Shown: positions 46,430 to 56,215 of the stretch, one piece after another | How the letters are laid out: each line of letters opens with the position of its first letter | Numbering within the stretch: the stretch's first letter is position 1 | NCBI GenBank assembly: GCA_014239655.1 | Contig: JAAZYM010000018.1 | Location: forward strand, 12,700 to 76,699 | Direction of reading: 5' to 3' | DNA: 64,000 nucleotides | Origin: Flavobacteriales bacterium | Lineage (GTDB): Bacteria; Bacteroidota; Bacteroidia; Flavobacteriales; BACL11 | Notes under the pieces: model-generated | The model's database searches: none | Seen by the model: only the letters and a program-made list of their open reading frames with translations | Told to the model about the DNA's origin: nothing | Translations under genes and position numbers: made by a program

Positions 46430-47155
46430 ATGTCAAACAAGAAAAATCTTACCGTTTGCTTAACACCTGATATTTTTTGTAATTATAATATTTCAGATGA
46501 TTCTATTATTGTAGTTGTAGACTTATTGCGGGCAACAACTGTTATTTCTACGGCTTTCCATTATGGAATAAAAGAGATAATGCCTGTCTCTGACCTTCTT
46601 CAGGCTAAAGAATACCTTAATAAAGATAATTATATAGTTGCTGCAGAGAGGGACGCACTACCAATGGAGGGTTTTGAATATGGTAATTCTCCATTTCAAT
46701 ACATGAATGATGATATTAGTGGTAAGACATTAGTTTTAACCACTACTAATGGAACAAAGGCTATTAACTGTGCTCAAGATTATCATGTAATCACCTCATG
46801 TTTTATTAACCTAAATGTAGTATCTGATTTTTTAATTCATTCTTCAAGAGATATTGTTATTTTATGTTCTGGATGGAAGGGGCTTTTTAATTTAGAAGAC
46901 TCTGTTTTTGCTGGATGTTTGTCTGAGAAGTTAATTTTATCTAATAAGTATCAAACAAATTGTGATTCTGTTTTAGCATCTAGAATTCTATATAATCAGG
47001 CTCAGGGTAATCTTTTTGATTTTTTATCAGATTCTGCCCATAGAAGAAGATTGAAATCTCTGAATATTGAAAAAGATACAGAGTTTTGTCTAGATCCTAG
47101 TATCAAATCAGATATTATACCAACTTTAGTTAATGGAAAACTAGTAAGGGATTAA
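46430..47155 (+). CDS. 2-phosphosulfolactate phosphatase family protein (ComB-like)
   Basis: The VVVDLLRATTVISTA motif is typical of the family. 241 aa. The ATG directly abuts the gcvT TAG. Confidence 0.6.
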   Translation: MSNKKNLTVCLTPDIFCNYNISDDSIIVVVDLLRATTVISTAFHYGIKEIMPVSDLLQAKEYLNKDNYIVAAERDALPMEGFEYGNSPFQYMNDDISGKTLVLTTTNGTKAINCAQDYHVITSCFINLNVVSDFLIHSSRDIVILCSGWKGLFNLEDSVFAGCLSEKLILSNKYQTNCDSVLASRILYNQAQGNLFDFLSDSAHRRRLKSLNIEKDTEFCLDPSIKSDIIPTLVNGKLVRD

Positions 47156-48267
47156 TTTAGCATTACAGGCATTACTAGCATTAGAGTATCTTCATTTTCA
47201 TCTTGACCATCTAAAGGGAGAATTATGCCAGCTCTATTAGGAGCACTCATCTCTAAACATATTTGCTCTGACCCGATGTTATTTAACATGTCAATCACAA
47301 AACGTGAGTTAAAGCCTATTTCAATATCTTCTCCTTCATAGCTACATGTTAGTCTCTCTTCAGCTTTATTTGCAAAGTCTAAATCTTCAGAAGTAATTTG
47401 CAGCTGGCTTCCAGCAACTTTTAATTTAATCTGATGAGTAGTCTTGCTAGCGTATATTGAAACTCTTTTGATAGAGTTTAATAATTCTTGTTTATTTATC
47501 ACCAATTTATGTGGGTTTTCCTTTGGAATAACGGCATCATAGTTTGGATATTTTCCGTCTATTAATCTGCAGATTAAGGTTGTGTTTTCTAGAGAAAATT
47601 TAACATTTGTTTCATTAAAATCAATAGCAATATCAGATTCAGAATCAATATTGTTTTTTATCAATGATAATGGTTTCTTAGGAAGAATAAATGATGAGTT
47701 AGAGTTTGAATTGATATTCTTTCTTGTGTGTTTAACAAGTTTATGGGCATCTGTAGCAACAAATGTAATGTGCTCTTCTGATAATTCGCAGAATACCCCA
47801 GACATTACAGGTCTTAATTCATCATTACCACTGGCAAATAATGTTTTATTAATTGCATTAGAAAGTATTGAAGATCCTAATGTTATGGATGATGATGAAG
47901 AAAGCTCAGGGATCTTAGGAAATTCATTTGCATCCTGTCCAGCTAGTTTATAGTTTCCATTTTCTGAGCTAATTTCAATTCCTTTAGTTTCAGTATCTAT
48001 TAAGAATGTTAATGGCTGATTTGAAAATGTTTTTAGTGTATCAATAAGTATTTTTGATGGAATAGTTATTTTTCCATTTGAAGCTGATTCTGTAGATATT
48101 TCTGATATCATAGTTGTCTCTAGATCAGATGCTATCATACGAATCTTACCATCTTCAATTTCAAATAAGAAATTATCAAGAATAGGTAATGTGTTGCTTG
48201 TGCTTATTATACCATTTAATTTCTGAAGTTCTTTTAAAAGAACAGAACTATTTACTATAAATTTCAT
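47152..48267 (-). CDS. dnaN: DNA polymerase III beta subunit (sliding clamp)
   Basis: N-terminus MKFIVNSSVLLKELQKLNGII, three-domain length (371 aa), and the C-terminus LMLVMPVMLN. Confidence 0.92.
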   Translation of the reverse strand: MKFIVNSSVLLKELQKLNGIISTSNTLPILDNFLFEIEDGKIRMIASDLETTMISEISTESASNGKITIPSKILIDTLKTFSNQPLTFLIDTETKGIEISSENGNYKLAGQDANEFPKIPELSSSSSITLGSSILSNAINKTLFASGNDELRPVMSGVFCELSEEHITFVATDAHKLVKHTRKNINSNSNSSFILPKKPLSLIKNNIDSESDIAIDFNETNVKFSLENTTLICRLIDGKYPNYDAVIPKENPHKLVINKQELLNSIKRVSIYASKTTHQIKLKVAGSQLQITSEDLDFANKAEERLTCSYEGEDIEIGFNSRFVIDMLNNIGSEQICLEMSAPNRAGIILPLDGQDENEDTLMLVMPVMLN

Positions 48268-48293
48268 ACTTATTAAAGTTAATTAATTGTTTT

Positions 48294-48301
48294 CAAATAT
48301 A
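48294..48301 (-). promoter_or_regulatory. Candidate -7 promoter box (TATATTTG) for dnaN
   Basis: Exact TAnnTTTG match 26 nt upstream of the start at 48267. Confidence 0.35.
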
Positions 48302-48328
48302 AATTATTATTAAAAATAGATTGCATAA

Positions 48329-49282
48329 TTATTCTTTTAAATCATCAATAGATATAAACACTTTGTTAAAAACATAATTCTGGATTAACATGTATTCTCC
48401 ATTATTTAATTTTGCATACATTCTTTCAACATTTGGCTTGGAATTATTACTGTTTTTATTGGTCTTTGAAAAAGAATATGCTTCTAGTAAATCTGTTTTT
48501 CCTTGATGTTTTATGTTTAGCTTAAACAAAAGCTTTTCACTGCTTATGTCTATCTCAAATCCTTTATATTTCTCACATTCAATATTGGAGAAATTATTAA
48601 AATATTCTACTGTTTTATTAATATTATATTTAATACTTATACTATCATTATTTATTAATCTTAATGGCTCTTTCTGTATTAAAAATGATTTTTCTTGCTC
48701 ATTATAGTTTAATAATGATATTTCTTGTATTTCTTCTGAATTAATTTTGAAGATACTGTTGTCTCTCCAATTATTGATGTTAAGTTCATATCCTTGTATG
48801 CCATATCTTGGTGAAAGAAAACCATTAAAACCTGGTATATGTACTATGTATGGGTTTTCTGCATCATCCATTAACATGTATGTCCCTAGATGATCTGGTG
48901 TAGAACTGCCAACTGTGTATACTTTAACGTTATTGTGATAATATATCTCAACTTTTACTCCAGTAGTGGCTAATTGCCTTATTACGTTATTGAAAGATGT
49001 ATTTGAGACAGGTCTTTGTATCTCTATCTGTTCGATAGTAGATAATAGAGTTTTTATGGCATCATCTCTGACATCATATTTATCATTGATTATCCAGTTG
49101 TTGTTGGTTTTAGATAAAATGATATTATTGCCTTTTCTATCACTAAGAAAAACCTTGTTAATATCCTCAGTATTCTCAATTGCAAACTCTTTCTCATTCT
49201 TGAGCGCAGTCTTCTTATTATAATCAAATAAGAGGTACATAAAAATGATAGTGAGTAATAACAAGAATATCTTTTTAATCAT
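48329..49282 (-). CDS. DUF4340-like protein, common partner downstream of gldG
   Basis: N-terminal TM anchor. It overlaps the gldG stop by 8 nt. The family call rests on position and memory. Confidence 0.45.
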   Translation of the reverse strand: MIKKIFLLLLTIIFMYLLFDYNKKTALKNEKEFAIENTEDINKVFLSDRKGNNIILSKTNNNWIINDKYDVRDDAIKTLLSTIEQIEIQRPVSNTSFNNVIRQLATTGVKVEIYYHNNVKVYTVGSSTPDHLGTYMLMDDAENPYIVHIPGFNGFLSPRYGIQGYELNINNWRDNSIFKINSEEIQEISLLNYNEQEKSFLIQKEPLRLINNDSISIKYNINKTVEYFNNFSNIECEKYKGFEIDISSEKLLFKLNIKHQGKTDLLEAYSFSKTNKNSNNSKPNVERMYAKLNNGEYMLIQNYVFNKVFISIDDLKE

Positions 49283-50993
49283 ATTTTAATCTGTTAAATG
49301 TATTTACAATTAATATTAAAAGAAGAAAAACAATGATTGGGATGAGAGTGTTTATTAGAATAATTATTGATTTATTATCTGAAATAAGCTCACTATTTAA
49401 TAGGCGTAGTCGTATGTTCTTAGATCTTAGTTTTATTAAGCCATTATCATCACAGAGAAATTGAATGGAATTTAATATAAACTTCTTGTTTCCTTGATAT
49501 GTGTAGTTTATAAATTTATCATATCCTAGTGGATATGTTCCTTTGTTTTGTGATACATCATTTGCTATGATGTCTCCATCAGAAACGATGATTAATTTTG
49601 TGCTATCACTCTTTTCCTTAAAATCTAATGATTTGTCTTTTGGAACTATTCTATCTTTAAATACGGATGTAAACCTACCAGATAGAAGTACGCCAACAGG
49701 AATATTTGGCTTATTAAATGTTTCTGATGGTGGTGGGTTCTCCAAAATAGATAGGCTTACTTTAACTGGTGATTGAACTTTCCTTGATCTTTTTGAGCTT
49801 TCAAGGATTATGGTCTTATGTATATCATTTTTTAATGTGTCTATTGAACTTACAAAATCACATTTTAATGCATCTATGTTTTTGCTGATAGGGTGATCAC
49901 TATTGCTTGAAAGTAATGGATAGTATGGCCATTTAAAGAAATCCTGAATAGGTTGGTTGTTGCTATATCCAGTAACTATAGGTATCTCAGTTGCTCTTAG
50001 ATCTTGAATTAGGTCATTATTAATACGTATTCCGTACTTAAATAGCTGATCATCGATATTAAGATTGTTCTCTGATGCAATAAAATATCCGTTTTTGTTA
50101 TTTATACTATCTATTGATGCGTTTACCCCATCCATTAGTAATAGTATTTTTCCGCCATGCATAATATATTGGTCAATCAAAAATTTATCTAGTTTGTTAA
50201 ATGGTATTGTTGGTTTTGCAATAATTATTACATCAAATCTATTTAATTCTTCTAATTGTTTTGAAATATTAGGCTCATTAGTGGTGCTGTCAATTTCAAA
50301 TTCTTTTAGGTTAAAGTCACCTACATTATAATAATTTTTAAGGTTGTTATTGTCATTATTTACTGATTCTGTAATATCTAGTAATTGATCACTCGATAAT
50401 TCTCCATTTCCCTTTAGAAAACCAACATTTTGTCTGTTGTTTTTTATTAGCTTATTGATTGTTGATACAATCTGAAATTCTATATTTTCAATAGAGTTGT
50501 TGATATTTATTTGTGGTGATAATCCAGAGTTGTTTTCTAATAGATTAACGGCTTCTCTTTTTTCTTTATAATAGATGATAGCTCCTGGAAAGATTACTCT
50601 TCTAGATGTCTCATCACTCTTCTTAATAGTTAGATCAGTAGGGTAGAGTCCTTGATCTTGAAGTTGCTTGTAGATGCTCTTCTTTTGTTCTTCATTATCA
50701 GCCTTATTAGGATCAATAAATTCAAAATCAATATTGTTATTTAATTTCTTACAGTTTATAATAAAGCTATTAATTGAAGAACCAAGCAGTTGAAACCCAG
50801 AGGGGAGATTACCTTTTAGATATATTTTTATTGTTAGCTTATCATCTATTCTGTTTAATACATCAATGCTAGCTTCTGATAGTGTAAATCTTTTTTCATT
50901 GGTTAGGTCTATCTTGTAAGGGATGTAACTAGAGACAATATTAATAATCATAATTATTAAAATTAAAAATAGAAGATTACTTTTCTTGTTCAT
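49275..50993 (-). CDS. gldG: Gliding-motility-associated ABC transporter substrate-binding component GldG
   Basis: N- and C-terminal TM anchors, a large periplasmic domain, and a position immediately after gldF. 572 aa. Confidence 0.75.
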   Translation of the reverse strand: MNKKSNLLFLILIIMIINIVSSYIPYKIDLTNEKRFTLSEASIDVLNRIDDKLTIKIYLKGNLPSGFQLLGSSINSFIINCKKLNNNIDFEFIDPNKADNEEQKKSIYKQLQDQGLYPTDLTIKKSDETSRRVIFPGAIIYYKEKREAVNLLENNSGLSPQININNSIENIEFQIVSTINKLIKNNRQNVGFLKGNGELSSDQLLDITESVNNDNNNLKNYYNVGDFNLKEFEIDSTTNEPNISKQLEELNRFDVIIIAKPTIPFNKLDKFLIDQYIMHGGKILLLMDGVNASIDSINNKNGYFIASENNLNIDDQLFKYGIRINNDLIQDLRATEIPIVTGYSNNQPIQDFFKWPYYPLLSSNSDHPISKNIDALKCDFVSSIDTLKNDIHKTIILESSKRSRKVQSPVKVSLSILENPPPSETFNKPNIPVGVLLSGRFTSVFKDRIVPKDKSLDFKEKSDSTKLIIVSDGDIIANDVSQNKGTYPLGYDKFINYTYQGNKKFILNSIQFLCDDNGLIKLRSKNIRLRLLNSELISDNKSIIILINTLIPIIVFLLLILIVNTFNRLKYD

Positions 50994-51722
50994 CTATTTT
51001 TTGGTTTTAATAATGTAATTGCTAAAGAGTAAGAATACAGAGCTTAGTGAGAGAAAATATATAATGTCACTAAAAGAGATTAGTCCTTTACTTAATAGAT
51101 CATAATGCTGGAGTATTCCAATCTTTTTAATAATTAACCCTATCTGTCCATTGTCAAATAACTGACTAAGTATGTCGAAGCCATAATATGACACTATATT
51201 TAAGAACACACCAATTATAAAAGCATTTAGTTGGTTTTTAGTTAATATGGATGAAAAAATTGATATAGAAGTAAATACTAGACATAATAGTAATAGACCT
51301 ATATATGAGCCAATTATAGATCCAAGATCAATATTGCCAATTTCTTCCCCTAGAAAGTAAACGCTTAATGGGTAGATTATTGTAGGTATAATAGATAATA
51401 TAATTATAAAAAGAACAGAAAGATATTTGCTTAAAATAAGTTTAATAGTCGGTATGGGTTTAGTTAAGAGTATATCAATTGTGCCATTTTTATATTCTTC
51501 AGAAAACGATCTCATTGAAATTGCTGGAATATAGATTAGGAAGACGATAGGAGATAAGCTAAAAAAAATATCAATATTAGCATAGCCACCATCCAATATG
51601 CTAAGGTTAAAAACATTAGTAAATAGAATTAAGCTGTATGTTAAAAGCAAGATACAGACAGTAATAATATTTACCTTATTCTTAGTAAATAATGTGATTT
51701 CTTTTTTAAAGATTGCTTTCAT
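50994..51722 (-). CDS. gldF: Gliding-motility-associated ABC transporter permease GldF (ABC-2 type)
   Basis: Six-TM ABC-2 permease of 242 aa. Its stop abuts the gldG start with no gap. Confidence 0.75.
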   Translation of the reverse strand: MKAIFKKEITLFTKNKVNIITVCILLLTYSLILFTNVFNLSILDGGYANIDIFFSLSPIVFLIYIPAISMRSFSEEYKNGTIDILLTKPIPTIKLILSKYLSVLFIIILSIIPTIIYPLSVYFLGEEIGNIDLGSIIGSYIGLLLLCLVFTSISIFSSILTKNQLNAFIIGVFLNIVSYYGFDILSQLFDNGQIGLIIKKIGILQHYDLLSKGLISFSDIIYFLSLSSVFLLFSNYIIKTKK

Positions 51723-52504
51723 TTAAATTCAATTCTAATAGTGTCAAAAAACTTTAAGCCAAGAAGAGAGTTTGCATTTCCTTGGTTTATAGAAACTTGT
51801 AAGAAGTTGTTGCTGTTAAATATAGCAAGTTTTTCAGCTATTTCTACTTCTTTGTATTTAGTAGATATCTTCTTTATCTCTTCATCTTCTCTTCCAAATA
51901 ATATAGAAAAATTCCTGCTTTTTCTAACATCCTCAAAAGTTTTTAAGTTAATATTAGTAATGGCATTACCATAGTTATCTATGTATGTAACAATTCCCTT
52001 AATAAGATTCTTCTCAATTACAGGTTTTAACAGGTTCTTCTTAACGTTAAAATCACTTATCTCTTTTCCAATTAATTCTAGGGTTCCACCTCTTGCTATA
52101 TGACATGCAGCAGTTGCAAATATATCTCTAGAGGCAAAGGTTAAGAAGTCTGTCTTTTGACTGATGTTTAAAGAGAAAATCTTTTCAGCTTTAAAGTCAT
52201 CCAATAAGATTGAAAAGAGGCCGTTATCTGCTCCAATAAAATAATGTCCATGAGCAAATACAGCAACGTGATCATTATCAATTGATAATTCATCATCTAT
52301 CGCTATTATATGTATTGTCTTTGGAGGAAAGTCTTTAAAGCAGTTTTTTAAAACTAAAGCCCCCTGTAAAATATTAAAATGATCTATCTCATGGCTAATA
52401 TCAATTATCTTCACATCATCATATTGGGAGTATATAGTTGCTTTTAAGGATGCCAAATAATGGTCTTTTGTTCCTAAGTCTGTGGTTAATGTTATTATTG
52501 ACAT
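51719..52504 (-). CDS. SAM hydroxide adenosyltransferase family protein (DUF62, SAM-cleaving)
   Basis: The N-terminal IITLTTDLGTKDHYLASLKATI matches the DUF62 signature (ITLTTDFG..D.Y). 261 aa. It overlaps gldF by 4 nt. Confidence 0.7.
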   Translation of the reverse strand: MSIITLTTDLGTKDHYLASLKATIYSQYDDVKIIDISHEIDHFNILQGALVLKNCFKDFPPKTIHIIAIDDELSIDNDHVAVFAHGHYFIGADNGLFSILLDDFKAEKIFSLNISQKTDFLTFASRDIFATAACHIARGGTLELIGKEISDFNVKKNLLKPVIEKNLIKGIVTYIDNYGNAITNINLKTFEDVRKSRNFSILFGREDEEIKKISTKYKEVEIAEKLAIFNSNNFLQVSINQGNANSLLGLKFFDTIRIEFK

Positions 52505-52547
52505 TAATCTGTTGTGGATATTGATTAAAAATTGTTAATTCGTATTT

Positions 52548-52555
52548 CAAAATTA
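52548..52555 (-). promoter_or_regulatory. Candidate -7 promoter box (TAATTTTG) for the DUF62-gldF-gldG operon
   Basis: Exact TAnnTTTG match 44 nt upstream of the start at 52504. Confidence 0.3.
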
Positions 52556-52582
52556 ATAAGAAATTGATGAATGAAATAGGTA

Positions 52583-53506
52583 ATGAGTGAAAAATTAATA
52601 ACACTTGAAAACACCGATATTAACAAGTTGTTTGGATCTAATAATGTTAAGTTTGATAAGATCAAAAAATGCTTCCCTCAAGTAAAATTAATTTCACGAG
52701 GAGATAATTTAAGAGTTGTTGGCAGTAAGGATAATATTTCATTCTTTGAGGATAAATTCAATATCTTTATTAAGCATCTTGAGAGGTATAATTCATTAAC
52801 AATTAGTCAAATTGAGAGAATCATTGAGGGAGAAGATAATATTATGAAAGATGAAGATGATGTTATTGTTCATGGTAAGAATGGTAGATTAATTAAAGCA
52901 CAAACATTTAATCAGAGGAAAATGGTTGCTGAGATTAAAAATAATGATGTGTTATTTGCCATTGGCCCAGCAGGAACGGGAAAGACATATACCTCAGTCG
53001 CTTTAGCAGTAAAGCATTTAAAAGAGAAGAAGGTTAAGAGAATTATACTTATTCGTCCCGCTATTGAGGTGGGAGAGAACCTTGGTTTCTTGCCAGGTGA
53101 CCTAAAAGAAAAATTAGACCCTTATATGCAGCCTATATATGATGCTCTTTTTGATATGATACCAATAAATAGATTAAATGAATATTTACAAGATGGTACT
53201 ATACAGATATCTCCATTAGCTTTTATGCGTGGTAGAACATTAGATAATGCATTTGTTATATTAGATGAAGGACAAAATACCACACAACATCAAATGAAGA
53301 TGTTCTTAACTAGAATGGGTAAATCTGCAAAATTTATTATCACTGGAGATCAGACACAGATAGATCTTCCAAAGAAACAATCATCAGGGCTGTTACATGC
53401 TCAATCTATTTTGAAGGATATAAAAAATATTAGTTTTATAAATTTAGATTCTAAAGATATTATAAGACATAAACTAGTTAAACAAATTATTAATGCATAT
53501 AAATAA
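52583..53506 (+). CDS. phoH: PhoH-family ATPase
   Basis: Walker A GPAGTGKTY, Walker B FVILDEGQN, and TGDQTQIDLP. Confidence 0.9.
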   Translation: MSEKLITLENTDINKLFGSNNVKFDKIKKCFPQVKLISRGDNLRVVGSKDNISFFEDKFNIFIKHLERYNSLTISQIERIIEGEDNIMKDEDDVIVHGKNGRLIKAQTFNQRKMVAEIKNNDVLFAIGPAGTGKTYTSVALAVKHLKEKKVKRIILIRPAIEVGENLGFLPGDLKEKLDPYMQPIYDALFDMIPINRLNEYLQDGTIQISPLAFMRGRTLDNAFVILDEGQNTTQHQMKMFLTRMGKSAKFIITGDQTQIDLPKKQSSGLLHAQSILKDIKNISFINLDSKDIIRHKLVKQIINAYK

Positions 53507-53512
53507 TTAAAC

Positions 53513-54460
53513 ATGAATAATACAATTACAGAAACAAATTTTGATTTTCCTAATCAGACGGACCTATATAAAGGTAAGGTTAGGGATGTATACTCAATTA
53601 ATAATGATAAATTAGTAATGATAGCTTCTGATAGAATTTCAGCTTTTGATCATGTTCTTCCTAAAGGAATTCCTTATAAAGGTCAAGTATTGAGTCAGAT
53701 TGCTGCAAAATTTTTAGATGCTACATCAGATATTATTCCAAACTGGATGGAGGCGATTCCAGATCCTAGTGTTACAATAGGTAAAAAATGTGAGCCCTTT
53801 AAGATTGAGATGGTGATACGTGGGTATTTAACCGGCCATGCATGGAGAGAGTATAGATCAGGAAAGAGAATTCTTTGTGGGGTTGCAATGCCTGATGGTA
53901 TGGTTGAGCATCAGAAATTTCCATCACCAATTATTACGCCAACAACAAAAGCTGATGTAGGGCATGATGAGGATATTTCTAGAGAGGATATATTAAAGAA
54001 TGATATAATTTCTGAGCAAGACTATATAAAGCTGGAGGAATATACTTGTGCTCTATTTGAGAGAGGCACTGAGATTGCTAAGGAAAAAGGATTAATATTA
54101 GTAGATACAAAATATGAGTTTGGTAAGGATGTAAATGGTGTTATAACACTAATAGACGAGATACATACTCCTGATTCTTCAAGGTATTTTTATCTAGATG
54201 GCTATCAAGATAAGGTTGCAAATAATTTACCTCAGAAGCAATTATCAAAAGAATTTGTTCGTCAGTGGCTAATTGAAAATGGTTTCCAAGGAAAGGAAAA
54301 CCAGATAATACCTCATATGTCTGAGCAGTATTGTAATGAGGTTTCTGATAGATATATAGAATTGTATGAGTTGATTACTGGTGATAAATTTGTCAAAGAA
54401 GATGTTTCTAATGTTATTGTAAGAGTTGAAAATAATATTTTAAATTATTTAAATAGTTAG
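53513..54460 (+). CDS. purC: Phosphoribosylaminoimidazole-succinocarboxamide (SAICAR) synthase, long form
   Basis: [18 protein letters not shown], and LVDTKYEFG motifs. 315 aa. Confidence 0.92.
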   Translation: MNNTITETNFDFPNQTDLYKGKVRDVYSINNDKLVMIASDRISAFDHVLPKGIPYKGQVLSQIAAKFLDATSDIIPNWMEAIPDPSVTIGKKCEPFKIEMVIRGYLTGHAWREYRSGKRILCGVAMPDGMVEHQKFPSPIITPTTKADVGHDEDISREDILKNDIISEQDYIKLEEYTCALFERGTEIAKEKGLILVDTKYEFGKDVNGVITLIDEIHTPDSSRYFYLDGYQDKVANNLPQKQLSKEFVRQWLIENGFQGKENQIIPHMSEQYCNEVSDRYIELYELITGDKFVKEDVSNVIVRVENNILNYLNS

Positions 54461-54463
54461 TTT

Positions 54464-55597
54464 TTGTTTCCTTTAAAAAATATTAATGAATTAAATACTC
54501 TAGAGATTGTTTTTTTTCTTAGTGTCTTTTTCCTGTTAATACAGATAGTATATAATGTATATTTTTTTAGGAGATTAATCTTTTTTACTGGTAGAAAAAA
54601 TAATTTTAAACCAGATGTTTCAATTATTATATGCGCCAAGAATGAATTTGATAATCTAAAGAACAATCTTAAGTCATTTCTAGATCAGGATTATCCCAAT
54701 TTTGAGATTGTTGTTGTTAATGATCAATCAAATGATAGAACAAAACAGCTTTTAGATCAATATGATCGTACATATTATAAGTTAAAGGTTGTTCATATTG
54801 ATGAGAATGTAAATCATGTTATTGGTAAGAAGTTTGCCTTGACCCTAGGTATTAAAACAGCTAAATATGATAATTTGTTATTAACTGATGCTGATTGTTT
54901 TGTTTCTTCAGATCAATGGATATCATCAATGGCTCATAATTTTCAGTCCTCAGATATTGTTTTAGGGTATGGACCCTATAAAAAGGAGAAAGGGTTTCTA
55001 AATAGGTTGATTAGATTTGATACATATAATGTTGCTATTCAATATTTATCTTATTCATTGAGCTCATTTACATATATGGGAGTAGGGAGGAATTTAGCCT
55101 ATAAAAAATCTGTTTTTTTTAATAATAAGGGTTTTGCTAATCATCTTCATGTTGCATCTGGTGATGATGATCTTTTTATCAGGGAGGTTGCTAAGAATAA
55201 CAAGGTCTCTATAGAAATATCACAGGATTCTCATACTACATCATTATCTGAAGAAACATGGTTTGCTTGGATGGCTCAAAAAAGGAGGCATTTAACTACT
55301 TCTCCTATGTATGACAATAAGATTAAAGCTTTATTATCAATATATCCTTTCTCGCAATTATTTTTTTTTATTGGCATTGGAATATTGATATCTTGTAATG
55401 TTTCTTATAAATTTTGGATGCCGCTTATTTATATAAAGATATTTCTATCATATGTAATTCATTATCCTTTAATGAAAAAGTTTAATTGTTTCGATTTAAT
55501 ATTTTTTCAGCCTTTTTATGAGATTTTTCATTTAGTTCTTCAGGGTTTTTTATTTATCTTTAGTGTTAATGCTTCTCAAAGCAAATGGAATAGCTAG
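54464..55597 (+). CDS. Family-2 glycosyltransferase with an N-terminal TM and C-terminal TM helices
   Basis: VSIIICAKNE, VVVNDQSND, LLTDADC (DxD-like), and SGDDDLF motifs. Confidence 0.75.
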   Translation: MFPLKNINELNTLEIVFFLSVFFLLIQIVYNVYFFRRLIFFTGRKNNFKPDVSIIICAKNEFDNLKNNLKSFLDQDYPNFEIVVVNDQSNDRTKQLLDQYDRTYYKLKVVHIDENVNHVIGKKFALTLGIKTAKYDNLLLTDADCFVSSDQWISSMAHNFQSSDIVLGYGPYKKEKGFLNRLIRFDTYNVAIQYLSYSLSSFTYMGVGRNLAYKKSVFFNNKGFANHLHVASGDDDLFIREVAKNNKVSIEISQDSHTTSLSEETWFAWMAQKRRHLTTSPMYDNKIKALLSIYPFSQLFFFIGIGILISCNVSYKFWMPLIYIKIFLSYVIHYPLMKKFNCFDLIFFQPFYEIFHLVLQGFLFIFSVNASQSKWNS

Positions 55598-55600
55598 ATT

Positions 55601-56215
55601 ATGGAGTTGATTAATAAATATTTTACTGACTTAACTGCTGAGCAGATTAGTAGATTTCACCAGCTAGAGTCTTTATATAATGATTGGAATAGTAAGATCA
55701 ATGTAATCTCTAGAAAGGATATAAATGATCTTTATTTAAAACATATTTTGCATTCATTAGCTATTGCTAAAGTGATCTCATTTAAGGATGGAACAAATAT
55801 ATTAGATGTTGGTACTGGAGGGGGATTTCCTGGTATTCCATTAGCAATTTTATTTCCAAATTGTAATTTCCTTTTATTGGATAGTATTTCTAAGAAGATA
55901 AATGTAGTTAATTCGGTTGTTAAGGCATTAGATTTAAATAATGTAAGCACTATTGTCTCTAGGGTAGAAGCAGTCAATAGTAAGCATGATTTTGTTGTCT
56001 CTAGGGCGGTTACTAGGATGGATAAATTTAGAAGGCTGATAAAAGGTAAGATACTTAAAGGGGGTAATAACTCTTTAAGTAATGGAATCCTTTATCTTAA
56101 GGGGGGAAATATTAGTGAAGAAATGACGAGTATTAAGCATAAAGCATTTAATATCTCAGCATTCTATGATGAAGATTTCTTTTCTACCAAGAAGATTGTA
56201 TATGTAAAGAATTAA
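55601..56215 (+). CDS. rsmG: 16S rRNA (guanine527-N7)-methyltransferase
   Basis: W N.KINV.S, the SAM motif LDVGTGGGFPGIPLAI, and VSRAV. 204 aa. Confidence 0.9.
   Translation: MELINKYFTDLTAEQISRFHQLESLYNDWNSKINVISRKDINDLYLKHILHSLAIAKVISFKDGTNILDVGTGGGFPGIPLAILFPNCNFLLLDSISKKINVVNSVVKALDLNNVSTIVSRVEAVNSKHDFVVSRAVTRMDKFRRLIKGKILKGGNNSLSNGILYLKGGNISEEMTSIKHKAFNISAFYDEDFFSTKKIVYVKN

Noticed and set aside
54457-54666. Small ORFs that bridge gene junctions: 54457..54666 (-), 52419..52604 (-), 44887..45135 (-) and 46240..46440 (-).
   Set aside because: Each mostly overlaps a well-supported gene on the opposite strand and only pokes into a spacer. Their peptides are basic and low-complexity, with no motif and no upstream -7 box.
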